Source of the DNA: Chrysemys picta bellii
Lineage: Eukaryota
DNA length: 64,000 nucleotides
Direction of reading: 5' to 3'
NCBI RefSeq assembly: GCF_011386835.1
Contig: NC_088794.1
Span: 57,722,001 to 57,786,000 of the forward strand
Under the pieces are notes generated by a model. It saw only the letters and a list, made by a program, of their open reading frames with translations. It had not been told where the DNA came from and made no database searches. Of this stretch, positions 30,027-42,068 are shown piece by piece. Both the position numbers and the translations under genes were made by a program. The first letter of the stretch is position 1. The number at the start of each line of letters is the position of its first letter.

Positions 30027-30807
30027 TGTTAGAGAAACCACAGTCTCCCCAGACTCTGCAGAGATCTCTGGTCCACGTTTCCTGCTCCTATAAGGAGCAA
30101 TTTATGCAAGCTAACTGTGCATGATTGTTTGGCAGGGATTGCAGGAGGCAAGAAGTTTGAGGTGATGCATATGCACTGTCAGTGAGTTGCCTGTTTTGTG
30201 TAACCAGTTGGATTGGACCTGTTGCCTTTCGCACCCAAACCTTTTCCTGACACCAAAGAGCTAGTGACAGCTTGTCCTACCTAGCAGTTCTTTAAGCTAG
30301 ATGCCCTGTCTGATTGTTCTTCCGACTGAGTGGGAGAGTCAACAAGATGCTTTTAAATATTGAGGCCGAGACTCTTAGCGGTAAACTGAAGGTGATTCCA
30401 AGGTCAGGCTGCCTTACACATCAGCTCAAGGTGTGGTGGTGGAGTGAGTGAGCTGCTCTGTACAGAGCAGAATGACTTGAGGCTATAGTTCTCCCCTGAA
30501 CATGCAGTTTCGATGCGTCAGCCAGCGTGAATGTGTTCAATCGACACTAACCATGTTAACATAAACCCAGAAGAATAGTCTCTTTAAAAACAATTCTTCC
30601 AGGGCCTGTGTGCAGTTCCCACTTGTGGGATTGGTGTCCTCAAGTAACGACACAAGTGGGAAGTGCAAGAGATGACTACTGAAGAAACATTTGCCAGTAA
30701 GTGGCCTTTCTTGGCACACTTGAGGCATGGCTAAATACATAATTTCCCCAGTGGCCTGTAACTGCCCTGATCAGTCATTTAAATACCCACTTATTCCTCT
30801 AATGTAT

Positions 30808-31471
30808 TGTAATGGGGTTGGCACCCACCCCTCGTGAACGCCCCCTCTGGTTGGATGTGTCTGTGGTCTTTAAACCAGTCCTAGCCCTGCCTTCGGGCTC
30901 TGTCCCCCACCCCTCCCCGGGCTTCCTCACTGCAGGCAATGGTTTTGCCCTCTTAGTCTGTTTTGGCCCCAGTCTTCAGCTGAGCCTCCTTGACAGTTCA
31001 GTCCCCTTCTGGGGGTTTAGTGCTGTCTAATTGTAGGCCCTTCTCCAGTGGCCTATGGGGGGACCTGGGCCCGCTCACTACTCCGGGCCCCGGCTTTCAC
31101 CAATGTCTTACCCTTAGCTCAGGGCTCTTCTAAGCTCAGGCCCAGTAGTCAGCCAGGAGCTCTCCCGTGCTCCCCCTGTCCCTACTAGCACTGGGCTGTC
31201 TGTTCTATTGCACTTCCTTCAGCCAGCCACATCATCCACGCTCCTCCAGCTCTAGTGAGGAACGGCCTTGTGTTTGGTTCTGGCCTCTGTAGCTCCTTTT
31301 TATATGGTCCTCCTGGATGCTGATTGGCTGTTCCAGCAGCCCCTCTGATTGCTTCCTTGCAACCACTCTAGGCTGCTTGAAGGACCTCTTCACTGCTCCT
31401 TTCCTGGGATGGGTGTTGTAGGAACCTGACACCTCCAGCAGGGGCCTTTGGGCCTAGTCCACCCCATCTCA
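30808..31471 (-). mobile_element. Solo LTR (Gypsy/ERV-like)
   Basis: TG...CA ends with a short inverted terminus (TGTAATGGGG/CCCCATCTCA); flanks TGTAT/TGCAT; CCAAT and TATA read on the minus strand. Confidence 0.7.
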
Positions 31472-32363
31472 TGCATGTTAACTCTGAGTGGTGATACGGC
31501 TTTTCAGGGCTGTTAGTTTATTGTATCACTTAGAGCACAGTGTCTGCCATGCTGGAACACACCATTGATCAATCTAATCTGGCAGCGTCCAGTGCCGGCC
31601 CCAACAGAGGAAGGCATATAACTCCTATACCTGAGGTATCACTCCATGGAGCAGTTACTTCCTGACCTTACACTGGTGATGCTTTTATCCTGAAAGATGA
31701 GGACTGAGAGCCCTTGTAGTTTTCAGAGCTCATTCTGCTTGTCTGTTTATATCCCTCTCCCCTGCCCCTCCATCTGTCAGGTCTAGATAGTAAGCTCTGC
31801 AGGCAGGGATTGTCTATTACTCTGTACAGTGCCTAACACATTGGACAAGTACTACCATAATGAACATGTATAATAATAATAATCCAGCTGCAGATGCTTT
31901 CCGTATGAAATGTGCAATCCTTTTTCCAATTCAAGCTTACCCTGTTTGCCCCATTGCATTAATATTAGATATTTTTTGCAGGTGGGGTAGAGTTTGCTCC
32001 ATGCTAAAATTGAAGAGCCTGAAAAGTTAGCTTCTAAAATGACTTGAGCTCTGGACCCAATCACTTGAATACGCTCTTTTTTTCCTGAATTCGTTACACT
32101 GGGAATCAGTGAACAAGTTATTAAAATCTGTGCAGTTTGCTCCTAGCCCTAAGCCCTGCCCTACTAAGATGTACCTTGGTCTTAAATTTGATTGCACCTC
32201 TGAACTCCTCGTTAGATTTTACATTGGCCTTATCCTGAAGTCTAATCCCATCTGTTCTCTCTAGCGTCTTATACCTTGCCCATCACTGTAGTATCGAGTG
32301 CCTTCCAGTCGCGCATTAAGTGACATGACTTAACATCTGTCACGTGTTTGTTGGTACTGTTGA

Positions 32364-32549
<186 letters not shown>

Positions 32550-32942
32550 TAACATCTGTGTGAGGGGGATAAAGAATCCATCTTCTGGTACCTTCTGAGG
32601 CCTCTTCAAGCAGTAGCAGCATGGGTTGTGCCTCTTGATTGCAGTGGCATGTGGGTATGGCGGTATCGTGCTGCTTCTCGGGGCGGGGTAATGTCATCTA
32701 GGTGGTTGGGACATGGACCAGCTGTCTGCTTAGCTAGTTCTGGGTTGGATGATAGTCGCCCAGACTGTGAGTACCGCTGGTGTTTGGCAGGGTGGGGAAT
32801 GCACAGCACTGGAGAGGGACAAGTACTTCCAGATACATGGAGGTGATGGCTGCTCTCTGAAGGTGCCAGGTGTCCCACCAATGGTGTGGCTTCTAGCACG
32901 GTATCTGTTGCCTGATTCTGGTCTCCTTTCCTTGCGTTTCAG

Positions 32943-32949
32943 ATACTGA
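32943..32949 (+). CDS. AHCYL1: AHCYL1 exon 17, coding part (completes R, adds Y and stop)
   Basis: Polypyrimidine tract + ag|A TAC TGA gives the AHCY-family C-terminus YYRY*. Confidence 0.92.
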
Positions 32950-35290
32950 TGGACCATAACACTGAAGGACCAGACCACACGAGACAACTTTAGAGAAATT
33001 ATTTTTAAAGATCATTTTATTTTGTTTTACTCTTTTCTTTTTTTTAAAAGCTGTTGTTGTTTTTCTTTTATCTGTCTGATTTTAATGTCACTTCTTTGTT
33101 TTACATTTTCACGTGATCGCATCTCTCTGTACGTCTGATCTTGGCAGACAACCTGGGATTTGCTTACTGCTTTATGACTGAAACCTGGCAGTGGGGTTTC
33201 AGACTTTCACAGATGGGAAGGGTTTCCTTTCCTGACTATGAAGGGCAATTCATTCCCACAGTGGCTTTTTACCTTTCCAGTGCACCTTAGTCTTAGTTGG
33301 GATATTTGCAAACACTGAGATGCTGTACTGTTTTTTTCTGTGTGGAATTATCTGCAACTTCTAAATTGCCTTAATGAGCCCAGTTTTTAGCTGCTAGATC
33401 AATGCTCCTATCCCTGTCTTGGAGCAGAGTGGCACCTAGTGGCCAGTTAGGGTAAAGGTGTGTGACCCCAGACCGGGTTTCCTATGTGAATTTGGGATGG
33501 TGCCAGGTAAGGCTAAGCCCAAGTGGGTGTTAACTAGTCTATTTCAGGGTGCTAATCTGAATTTGAATGGGGATCACCTACCCCTCAGACTCCTTGTCTC
33601 TCCTAGGTTTTAAACTGCATCTTATTTAATTTCAGACCATTTTTCTTTATTAAAGCGCTATTTTAAAGGAGAAAGTGTTTCCAAGTGGAAACACTGTGGC
33701 ATAGTCGGGCAGCAGAGAGCATGCTGCAGCCTCTTCAGCCATGGGCAGGCCTGACCAGAGAGGGGCCAACATATGGCACCTCCTGTGAACTCCTCCGGGC
33801 TTCTGAGCACAAGTGTGTTGAACACAGATGACCCTTTCTGCTCCTGTCCCCTTAATGTGTAGAGTGCAGGGGATGTTCTGATGACGTAGCAACTTTTCCA
33901 TCAGCTTTAACGGTGAGCTCTCATGTTGAAATCAAAATCCTCCAGTCAGTGGACCATTCTGTAAAGCACTTAGCTCCACTCAGAGCCAATGACTCTTGGA
34001 GGTGGAATCCCTGGCCAGCTGCACTGCTGTCTTCTAAAGCGTTCAGCCAATCACCTCTTCCTTCCCCAGCCCAGAAGTTGGCAGGTTGTCTTATTTCATC
34101 TGGTTCCCCATGTTATGGTCTCACTATGGAAGGGCCTGATGCCCCATGGTTTTCAGGTCTGTGTTCCAGGCTTAGCTCAACAAAGATCACAGCACAACAA
34201 TTCAGATTCCAATTCATTGCTCAGTGACATGTAAAAGGGAAGGAGTTTCAGCTGCAGCGGCCTAAAGGCCCAGCTCCAGCTAACGAGGGTGTTTCTTCTG
34301 AGTTTATGGCATCAGTCCAGCACTTCACGAATGTACAGGTACAAAGACAATCGAGATGCTGCAGTTGGGCGTAGCAAACACCCTTGACCAACCCTGTGCT
34401 CCCTTGCCCCCCTTGCCCAAGTACACAAGATTCATTCCTAGCACCACTTCTGAGGAACCTCCCTGTGTTTGTTTATGGGTGACCCCGGCTGCTTTCCCTC
34501 TCTGGGAGTGAACAGCTCCTTGCTGATGAGAACAGGGGTGGGATTAAGATTTCATCCTCCAAAACCTTGCAGCACTTCCAATTATTCCCCCTTATTCCTC
34601 CAGACTCTTCTTCACAACCTTGCCCCTCTCCTAGATAGATTCTTGATTTCTCATTGACTCACTGCTGCATTGGGCTGACTCAGACTGCCAGGGCTGGTTC
34701 CCAATGACCTTACCGAGTCTGCCCATGTACCCCCCTCTGCTCCCCATAACCTGAATTTCCAGCAAGATGCAGCTGGGTTTGGAGTGATGAGCCCAGGATC
34801 CTTTGGGGGCCCTGCTCTCCTTTCCTTGCTCAGGGAAGAGGATGTGGCCAGGAGCACAGGGAAGCTCCCGCTCAATCATTGCTCCAGTCTAGGGGGTTTG
34901 CCCCATGCCACAACTCCTGGCTTTCTTTGTCCCTCTGCACTTCCTGCTCGCATAGAAGTTCTAGTATCCCAGAGCAGGCTTGGTTCTCCCACACTAAGCC
35001 AAACAGAGTCTATGTACCATCCTAAATGTTCTCCGTCGTGACTGTCGGGAGGGGCCCCTCTGTTCCATTTGTCAGTCTCAGTGTTACAGTGTCAATAGGA
35101 ATCTTAGCTTAAGGGCTCCATCTCTGTATAAGCCATGTAACGAAAAGGACATAGGGGAACAATTGGTCTTACGCCTAGAGAAGCCTTGATTCTGTCAGAG
35201 GGAGCATGTTAGCACCAATCCGGGTGGGATAGGTTTATTTTGTATATGAATGATTTTTAATGGATGCAATATTAATCCTTGCAGATGAGC

Positions 35291-35315
35291 AATAAATCAT
35301 TAAAGTCTAATTAAA
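35291..35315 (+). terminator. AHCYL1 poly(A) signal cluster
   Basis: AATAAA 35291-35296, ATTAAA 35299-35304 and 35310-35315, upstream TGTA at 35241. Confidence 0.75.
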
Positions 35316-37022
35316 AAATGATTAGAAAAACACTTCTCTTGCCTTGTGAAGCTTTGTTTAAAGATCTAACGTGGTGGCCTTCAGATCAGTGAATCAGTTG
35401 CTATTATTACCTAAGGCACAAGAACAGAGCTACTTGTCTACTTAAAATCATAGACCATACAAACAAATCGTGGTGCACCTCACTTATGATACCTCAGATG
35501 GTGGCATGTGACTGCAGTAATTAACTGGTCATGTCCTTGTAGATGCAAGCTTGTCACCCACAGACCTAAAAATCTCTCCCTCTACAGTTGCTAGATTCAT
35601 GAAAACACTGTGAAACTCTTCTGTGTATGTAGATTAGCACCAGTGAGAGAGGATCTGACATTGGGCTTTGTTACAATCCCACATAAGGATTTTTAACATC
35701 CTGTGTATTGGGTTCATACCATGGCCAGCAAATTAAAACCAGCCTCCCTTTGAGGTTGTCATCTTCTCCCCCTCTCCTGCCAAGGGAATCTGCTGTTTAG
35801 CTCTGCCTTTGACCCACTGCCATCTGGTTTTGTATTTAACCTGCGTGTCCCTTTAAAATCTTTCTTGAGATGCCTAAAAGCCCAGTGCTTTGCAGTACTG
35901 TCACATGGGTGAGGGTTGAGCTGTCACTTTCTATGAAACCATCGCTGATGAACAGACTCCCTGAACTTCCCTTTCCGCTCTGCTGCTTTCTGTATGGATG
36001 TGGGATGCTGAGGTACTAGTCAGTCCCTCATTTTGGTGCTCCCTGAAGACAATGGGTTCAAAATCTCAATACTTCCTTTCTCCCTGGTCTTGTTTTACAT
36101 AGAATGGTTCAAATAAATCTACCAGCTCCCTGGACCTCCTTTGCCTAAGAACAATGTACAGAGGAGCAATGTGCTAGGGGAGAAAAAGTGGGATGGGTGA
36201 TCTGGTTTGTATTCCTGGCTCTGGTACTTAGTGTGCCTCAGTTTACCTGCTGTACAGCAGGGATAACTTTTACCCTCTGTAAAGCACTAATCTGTGCATA
36301 GACAATGCTAAGTTGTTAACAGGTTCCGACTGTACTATCTCAAAGTATATATCTCACAATCCCTAATGAGATACTTCACTGCAGTCCTGTTTGAAATCTA
36401 AGCAGCCCCTCATGAACCTCTGTTGCAGTCACATGTCTGCACTGCACATGTCTGTCTGCCCTGTTCTTGTGAGGTTGTAGGATATTGAAACTGACAAGAA
36501 TCCTGTTCTGGTGATTTCAGAGAATAGTAATTTTGTCAGTTTCACCATCATGCCTACTGCAATTAATTTTGCTGAGTGGGATGCTGAGAACCGTAGGGCC
36601 CTGCGCTAGTCCGGCTTGCTGGTTCTAATAACTTATTTTCCATGATGAAAATATGGGCATCCTAAAGCAACCTTTTAAAGAGGGTAGGAGTTTAGGCTTT
36701 AAAATGTTAACTTCAGCTATGCATGTGTCCTCTAAAACTATCAAACTAAACCAGGGCTGCTTATAGATGGAGCACTTAAGGCAACCCCTTAAAGCCCTGT
36801 CTGCACCTGAATCTTTTGCTGTTGCAACTGCCTGTTGTTCCTGGAAGCTGCCTTGCGTTCATGTGCAAAGCTGCTTCCTGTGGTGAGTAGACATTCCTAC
36901 CCCCTCTGCCATTGCTCCAAACCAATGCGGTGCAATTAGAGTTCCCCTCTCCTAGGACTAAGTCGCTGGGTTAATCAAACACATAGTTGGCAGGGGTTAA
37001 AGATTACACAGGAAATTACTTC

Positions 37023-37156
37023 CACTGGATGGGACTCAAGAGACCTTAGTTTTAATACCAGCTCTGCCACTGGCCTGCTGGTGACCCTGGGCAAGTCACT
37101 TCCCCTTTCTGTGTCTCAGTTGCCCCATCTGTAAAACAGGAATAATGATACTGACG
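37023..37156 (+). mobile_element. MIR-like SINE
   Basis: CCAGCTCTGCCACT...GTGACCCTGGGCAAGTCACTT...CTCAGTTGCCCCATCTGTAAAA. Confidence 0.8.
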
Positions 37157-38879
37157 GGTAGGAGTGAAGTGGAGGGGCCCAGCTGTGGAACATCCTTACT
37201 CTGACCCTGGCCCAGGCCCATTGCAGGAGCCCAGAGTGATCTTGAGCCAGGGAGGGCACTTAGGACAATAAATGAAATGGAGCTTGTAGAAATGATTGAA
37301 TAAATAAAGGAAAAGGAACTTCTTTCCCTTGAGTTACCAACCCACCACTCCTCATAGCAGCACCTCAGCCAAGCAGGCAACAGAGCCCTAGCACCTGACT
37401 GCCTGGAGACTGAGGACCTGGGCAGGCTAGTGCCAGTCTATAATGCAGGCTCACACAGTGGCTTTGTACCTTTTCAGTGGCCATACTAGGTTTGAATGCT
37501 CCTGGCACTGAGGTAACAGACCTGCTCCTGGTAAATGATCCATTCAATATCAGTGCTGCATAAACAGGTAGGGGGAACAAATAAATGTGCAGAAGTGTAA
37601 ATAGCCACTATAGACACCGCTGCTGCTCTAGAGAGAGGCACTGGGAATTTGGGGGTGATCAGCACACCCAGTATTGAATGTGAACTAAAGCAGCATCCCC
37701 CATGCACAGGCAATGCAGCAGCTGCCCCACGGCATGTGGAGAGGGGGCTGTGGCTGTGAGCTTGGTTCAAAATAGGCCTCTGGAAAGCCTGAAAGAATTC
37801 TGGACTGAGCTGCATCTAGCCTCAAGTTTCCAGAGGGATGGATGCTTTACCCGTGTAGATCATCATCTGGGAAGCACCGATCTAACCAAAAGGTAACGAT
37901 AAACCACCCTACAGTGCAGTGAGTGTGAGGGGAAGTGAGCGGGTGATGCAATGACTGGCGGGCAGTCTGGTCTTAATGTCATTGTAATGATTCCCCTCCC
38001 AAGGCTCTTGGGAAGCTGTATGGTATGAAAGCCACCTCCAATTTCACTGGCATGAACAAATGCAGCTGATGCCTGGGAAAAGAGAGGGAGGAAAATCGTG
38101 GTCATGTCAACTTTTTTGGACTGTGATCAAAGGTGTTTAAAAGCTAGGGGGGGGAAGAGTAGAGCTGGCGCCAAGGAAAGCAAATTCCACCCGCAGCTAC
38201 CTCCTACCTTAAGCTGTGTCTGTGAAGTCCCTCAAGGGCAAGTGGTGTCATTACCGACCAAGAGGAGGCAGTGGTCTGAAGTCGACAGGTTTGATTCTCC
38301 TGTCACTTACCTGGGGTAGCTCCAGAATCTTCAGCCGTTGCTCTCTTGATTGGACTCCTGGTCCTTCACATGAAAGCACTGTTGTTCTAGTCTGCAGATA
38401 CTAGCTGGCTGTAGGACTGAGTAGGTGAGTAGCCAAACCAGAGGATAAAGGATGTATTACTCCCACCAACTAAGGGAGATTTTCTTTAACGTGTCATTTT
38501 TGGAGCTCAAGAAGTAGGATGCTGGGCCTGGCCTGGTTGGGGGTTGTGGCGTTTATCCAGTAATTGGCTTGAGGCTGCACAGTGTTTGTTCGTTACAAGG
38601 GCAGCAGTGGGGAAGCGAGGGCAGGACATGCATGCCCTTCTGCTGGTTGAGACACACACAAGGCTGTGGTGTAGTGCACAGAAGTGCGGGGTTGGAACAG
38701 CTCTGGTTATGAAGATCCAGCGGCGTATGTCTCCTGCCTGATGCAGGAGGGCACCTGAGCCAGAAGTACGCTGGTATGTAGTGACCTCCCCCCCATGGGA
38801 CTACCACTCTCCCTCTGACCACGAAGCTGCCCTCCCTCCTCGTGCTGGGAGCAGGACCTAGGAGTCCTGGGTTGATTTG

Positions 38880-39946
38880 AACTACAAGGTGAATAGAAAC
38901 CTGGCTAGATCATCGAGCTCAACGAGTAGTGATCAATGGTTCCATGTCTAGTTGGCAGCCAGCATCGAGTGGAGTGCCCCAAGGGTCAGTCCTGGGGCCA
39001 GTTTTGTTCAATATCTTAATTAATGATCTGGAGGATGGTGTGGACTGCACCCTCACAAGTTTGCAGATGACACTAAACTGGGAGGAGTGGTAGATACGCT
39101 GGAGGGTAGGGATAGGATGCAGAGGGACCTAGACAAATTAGAGGATTGAGCCAAAAGATATTGGATGAGGTTCAACAAGGACAAGTGCAGAGTCCTGCAT
39201 TTAGGACGGAAGAATCCCATGCACTGCTACAGACTAGGGACCGAATGGCTAGGCAGCAGTTCTGCAGAAAAGGACCTAGGGGTTACAGTGGACAAGAAGC
39301 TGGATATGAGTAGTCAGTGTGCCCTTGTTGCCAAGAAGGCTAATGGCATTTTGGGCTGTATAAGTAGGGGCATTACCAGCAGATTGAGGGTACATGATCA
39401 TTCCCCTCTATTCAACATTGGTGAAGCCTTATCTGGAGTATGGTGTCCAGTTTTGGACCCCACACTACAAGAAGGATGTGGAAAAATTAGAGTCCAGCGG
39501 AGGGCAACAAAAATGATCAGGGGGCTGGAACACATGACTTATGAGGAGAGGCTGAGAGAACTGGGATTGTTTAGTCTGCAGAAGAGAAGACTGAGGGGGG
39601 ATTTGATAGCTGCTTTCAACTACCTGAAAGGGGGTTCCAAAGAGGATGAATCTAGACTGTTCTCAGTGGTACCAGATGACAGAACAAGGAGTAATGGTCT
39701 CAAGTTGCAATGGGGGAGGTTTAGGTTGGATATTAGGAAAAACTTTTTCACTAGGAGGGCGGTGAAGCACTGGAATGGGTTCCCTAGGGAGGTGGTGGAA
39801 TCTCCATCCTTAGATGTTTTTAAGGCCTGGCTTGACAAAGCCCTGGCTGGGATGATTTAGTTGGTGTTGGTCCTGCTTTGAGCAGGGGGTTGGACTAGAT
39901 GACCTCCTGAGGTCCCTTCCAACCCTGATATTCTATGATTCTGTGA
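38880..39946 (+). mobile_element. Young CR1 LINE, 5'-truncated
   Basis: RT motif region (TTTGCAGATGACACTAAACTG = FADDTKL), ORF2 C-terminus, ATTCTATG tail; possible 7-bp TSD TGATTTG. Confidence 0.95.
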
Positions 39947-40195
39947 TGATTTGTGACTTTTGAAGGGGCGGGTTGGCTTGGCTTGGCTATGCTGCATGCT
40001 GATGTGATGGCAGCTCTAGCCTCAGGGGGGCCTTATGGCAAGACCCTGTGAGGTCAAGCCCCCCAGCAGCCAGCACGCTAACTTAAAAGGGGGGTTGCTA
40101 CAGCTCCTGCTACATCTAACATGGCTTTCTCAGGCTACCCACTCGTCTGCCACACCAGCCATGGCTGCCTCTCTACCTCGTTCTCCCTGGCTGCA

Positions 40196-40235
40196 GATCT
40201 CGCGAGAAGGGCGAGCGAGTGCTTCTCGCGAGATC
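40196..40235. promoter_or_regulatory. Twin TCTCGCGAGA (BANP/CGCG) elements within a 14-bp inverted repeat
   Basis: GATCTCGCGAGAAG-N12-CTTCTCGCGAGATC; motifs at 40198-40207 and 40224-40233. Confidence 0.8.
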
Positions 40236-40272
40236 GCGGCGCGGCCCGGGGAGGAAGGCGGGGCGGGCGAAG

Positions 40273-40401
40273 ATGGAGCCGGGCGGTGTCGGTGGCTGCG
40301 GGGGGCCGGGGCCGCTGATCGTGAACAACAAGCAGCGGGGCGGGCTGCTGCCGGCGGGGAAGGGCCGCGAGTTCAACCGCAACCAGCGCAAGGACTCCGA
40401 G
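40273..40401 (+). CDS. STRIP1: STRIP1 exon 1
   Basis: aagATGG Kozak context; MEPGGVGGCGGPGPLIVNNKQRGGLLPAGKGREFNRNQRKDSE|gtgag. Confidence 0.95.
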
Positions 40402-40985
40402 GTGAGCGCGCGGCCCTGCTCCCTCCTCGGTCCGCCGGGCGGGGGGGTTCGGTTCGGTTCCGGCTCCGAATGACGCTTCCCCCCCGGTCGCTCGGGGCGG
40501 GGCGGGGCGGTTGGGTACCGGGTCCAAATGGAGCAGACCCCTCCCCCTTCTGGGTATAAGTGGGTCTGACCCACCCCCGTGGGGGTCTCGGTATCGGGCC
40601 AGCCCCCTTCCCCTGGGCCTTGGTAGTGGGTGCCCGGGGCCAGCCTGGATCCTGTCGGGGAGGGAGTCGGTACCTGCCTGGAGCCCCGCCTCTCAGTGGG
40701 CCTGGCTATGGACATACAGACCAAGCGCCCATCGGTGCGGTGTCTGTGCGCCAGGCCTGAGGCTGGCTGGCTGGCGGGTGTATAAGAGGGGCAGGGTGTT
40801 CAGTGTTGGCCCGCACCTTGGAGCCGCTGCTATGTTTGTGTTAGGGGGAGGGGACATCCAGAGCGGTCCCAGACCCAGATTTCGGGGGACTGACATCCCT
40901 GTGTCAGGCGGAGCGATGCCAGACTCAAAAGGTGACATGGTCCATACGTGGGAGATTGAGTCCCAGTCAGAGTGACTTCTTAAAG

Positions 40986-41136
40986 CAGTGGTTCTCAACT
41001 CCCCGGGTGCTTGCAGCCCAACCAGCGCACAGCTCAGGGTCATACAGGTAGTATATATATGGTGTGGATGCGGCCCACATAACACAGAGAGAGCTGCATA
41101 GGCGGCCCACAATGATAAATAGGTTCAGACCCACTG
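40986..41136. mobile_element. Charlie-type hAT MITE
   Basis: TIR CAGTGGTTCTCAAC/GTTCAGACCCACTG; TSD TCTTAAAG/CCTTAAAA (6/8). Confidence 0.75.
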
Positions 41137-41192
41137 CCTTAAAATGGGTAAATGAATGTTGCTGTTTCATTTGATCCCAATCCCAAAGGTGA

Positions 41193-41284
41193 ATCTGAAG
41201 AAGTTTTTTTTTTTTACCCACAAAAGCTTATGTCCAAAGAAATCTGTTAGCCTTTAAGGTGCCTCTGGACTCCTCATTGTTTTT
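41193..41284 (+). mobile_element. Penelope-like terminal fragment with a decayed hammerhead
   Basis: ATCTGAAGAAG...ACCCACAAAAGCTTATG...TGTTAGCCTTTAAGGTGCC; perfect 10-bp TSD CCAAAGGTGA. Confidence 0.8.
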
Positions 41285-41998
41285 CCAAAGGTGACTGTGC
41301 ATCCTATCCTCTGCTAGCGATTGGCACAAGATTCATGTAAAGCTTAGCCAAGGGAACATATTGATGACTTACATTTGTTTTTTTTAAAGCTACTGCATCT
41401 TGCTGCAGTCTTGATCTCTTTCCAACCTCAGTAATATTGCCTCTATTCTCTGTATTATTTATTTATTTACTTGGTTATTTTTGTATTCTGTTAGTACCTA
41501 AAGACAAGGATGAGGATTTGGACTGTGGTAGCATCCCAGACTTCCAGAGTGGTTCACATTTATTCTAAATTGATAAAATCTGAGAGCTCCCTGGTCCAGA
41601 CTAGTCTGCTCCAATTTTAGGATTAAATAAGCATGTGGATATATAAAATTTTACATAGTGCCTTTCACTACAAAGGATCCCAGAGTGCTTTATAGGCTGT
41701 ATACAAACGGGTCACTCACCACTGAAATGCAATTCAATGGAACATGATTTTTCAACAGCACAGAGCAACAGTACACAATCGGGTAGGAATAAGAAGTGTT
41801 GAATATTACACCCATTCAAAATACAGAAGGCACTTTAGTAGGTTACCGTGATACTGTTGATGTGCCGGTAAATTTCATATCTGTTAGACTGAAAACACTG
41901 TACTGAACTTGCAACAGGATGAATTTTGAAAGTTATGGAGACTGAATTTTTTTTTACTGAATAGTGACTGATTAAAACTGTTTTTCTTCTGCCATCAG

Positions 41999-42068
41999 GG
42001 CTATTCTGAATCCCCGGACTTGGAGTTTGAATATGCAGACACAGATAGATGGTCTGCAGAGCTGTCGG
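41999..42068 (+). CDS. STRIP1: STRIP1 exon 2
   Basis: GYSESPDLEFEYADTDRWSAELS; AG/GT flanks. Confidence 0.96.

Larger units (their letters stand above)
40170..40760 (+). promoter_or_regulatory. STRIP1 CpG-island promoter and first exon region
   Basis: Dense CpG and high GC; GGGGCGGGG boxes near 40495-40510; two TCTCGCGAGA elements; no TATA box seen. Confidence 0.9.

Noticed and set aside
33427-33445. CTCF-like motif (minus strand TGGCCACTAGGTGCCACTC) in the AHCYL1 3'UTR
   Set aside because: It has C instead of the highly conserved G in the GGTGGC core, so the match is weak.
39165-39860. 231-aa ORF (also the ORFs at 5119-5837 and 50800-51009) as host genes
   Set aside because: They are C-terminal pieces of CR1 ORF2 in 5'-truncated or frameshifted LINE copies.
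40035-41112. Many overlapping 65-183 aa ORFs on both strands
   Set aside because: Stop-poor GC-rich CpG-island sequence; only 40273-40401 matches a known protein and has a splice donor.
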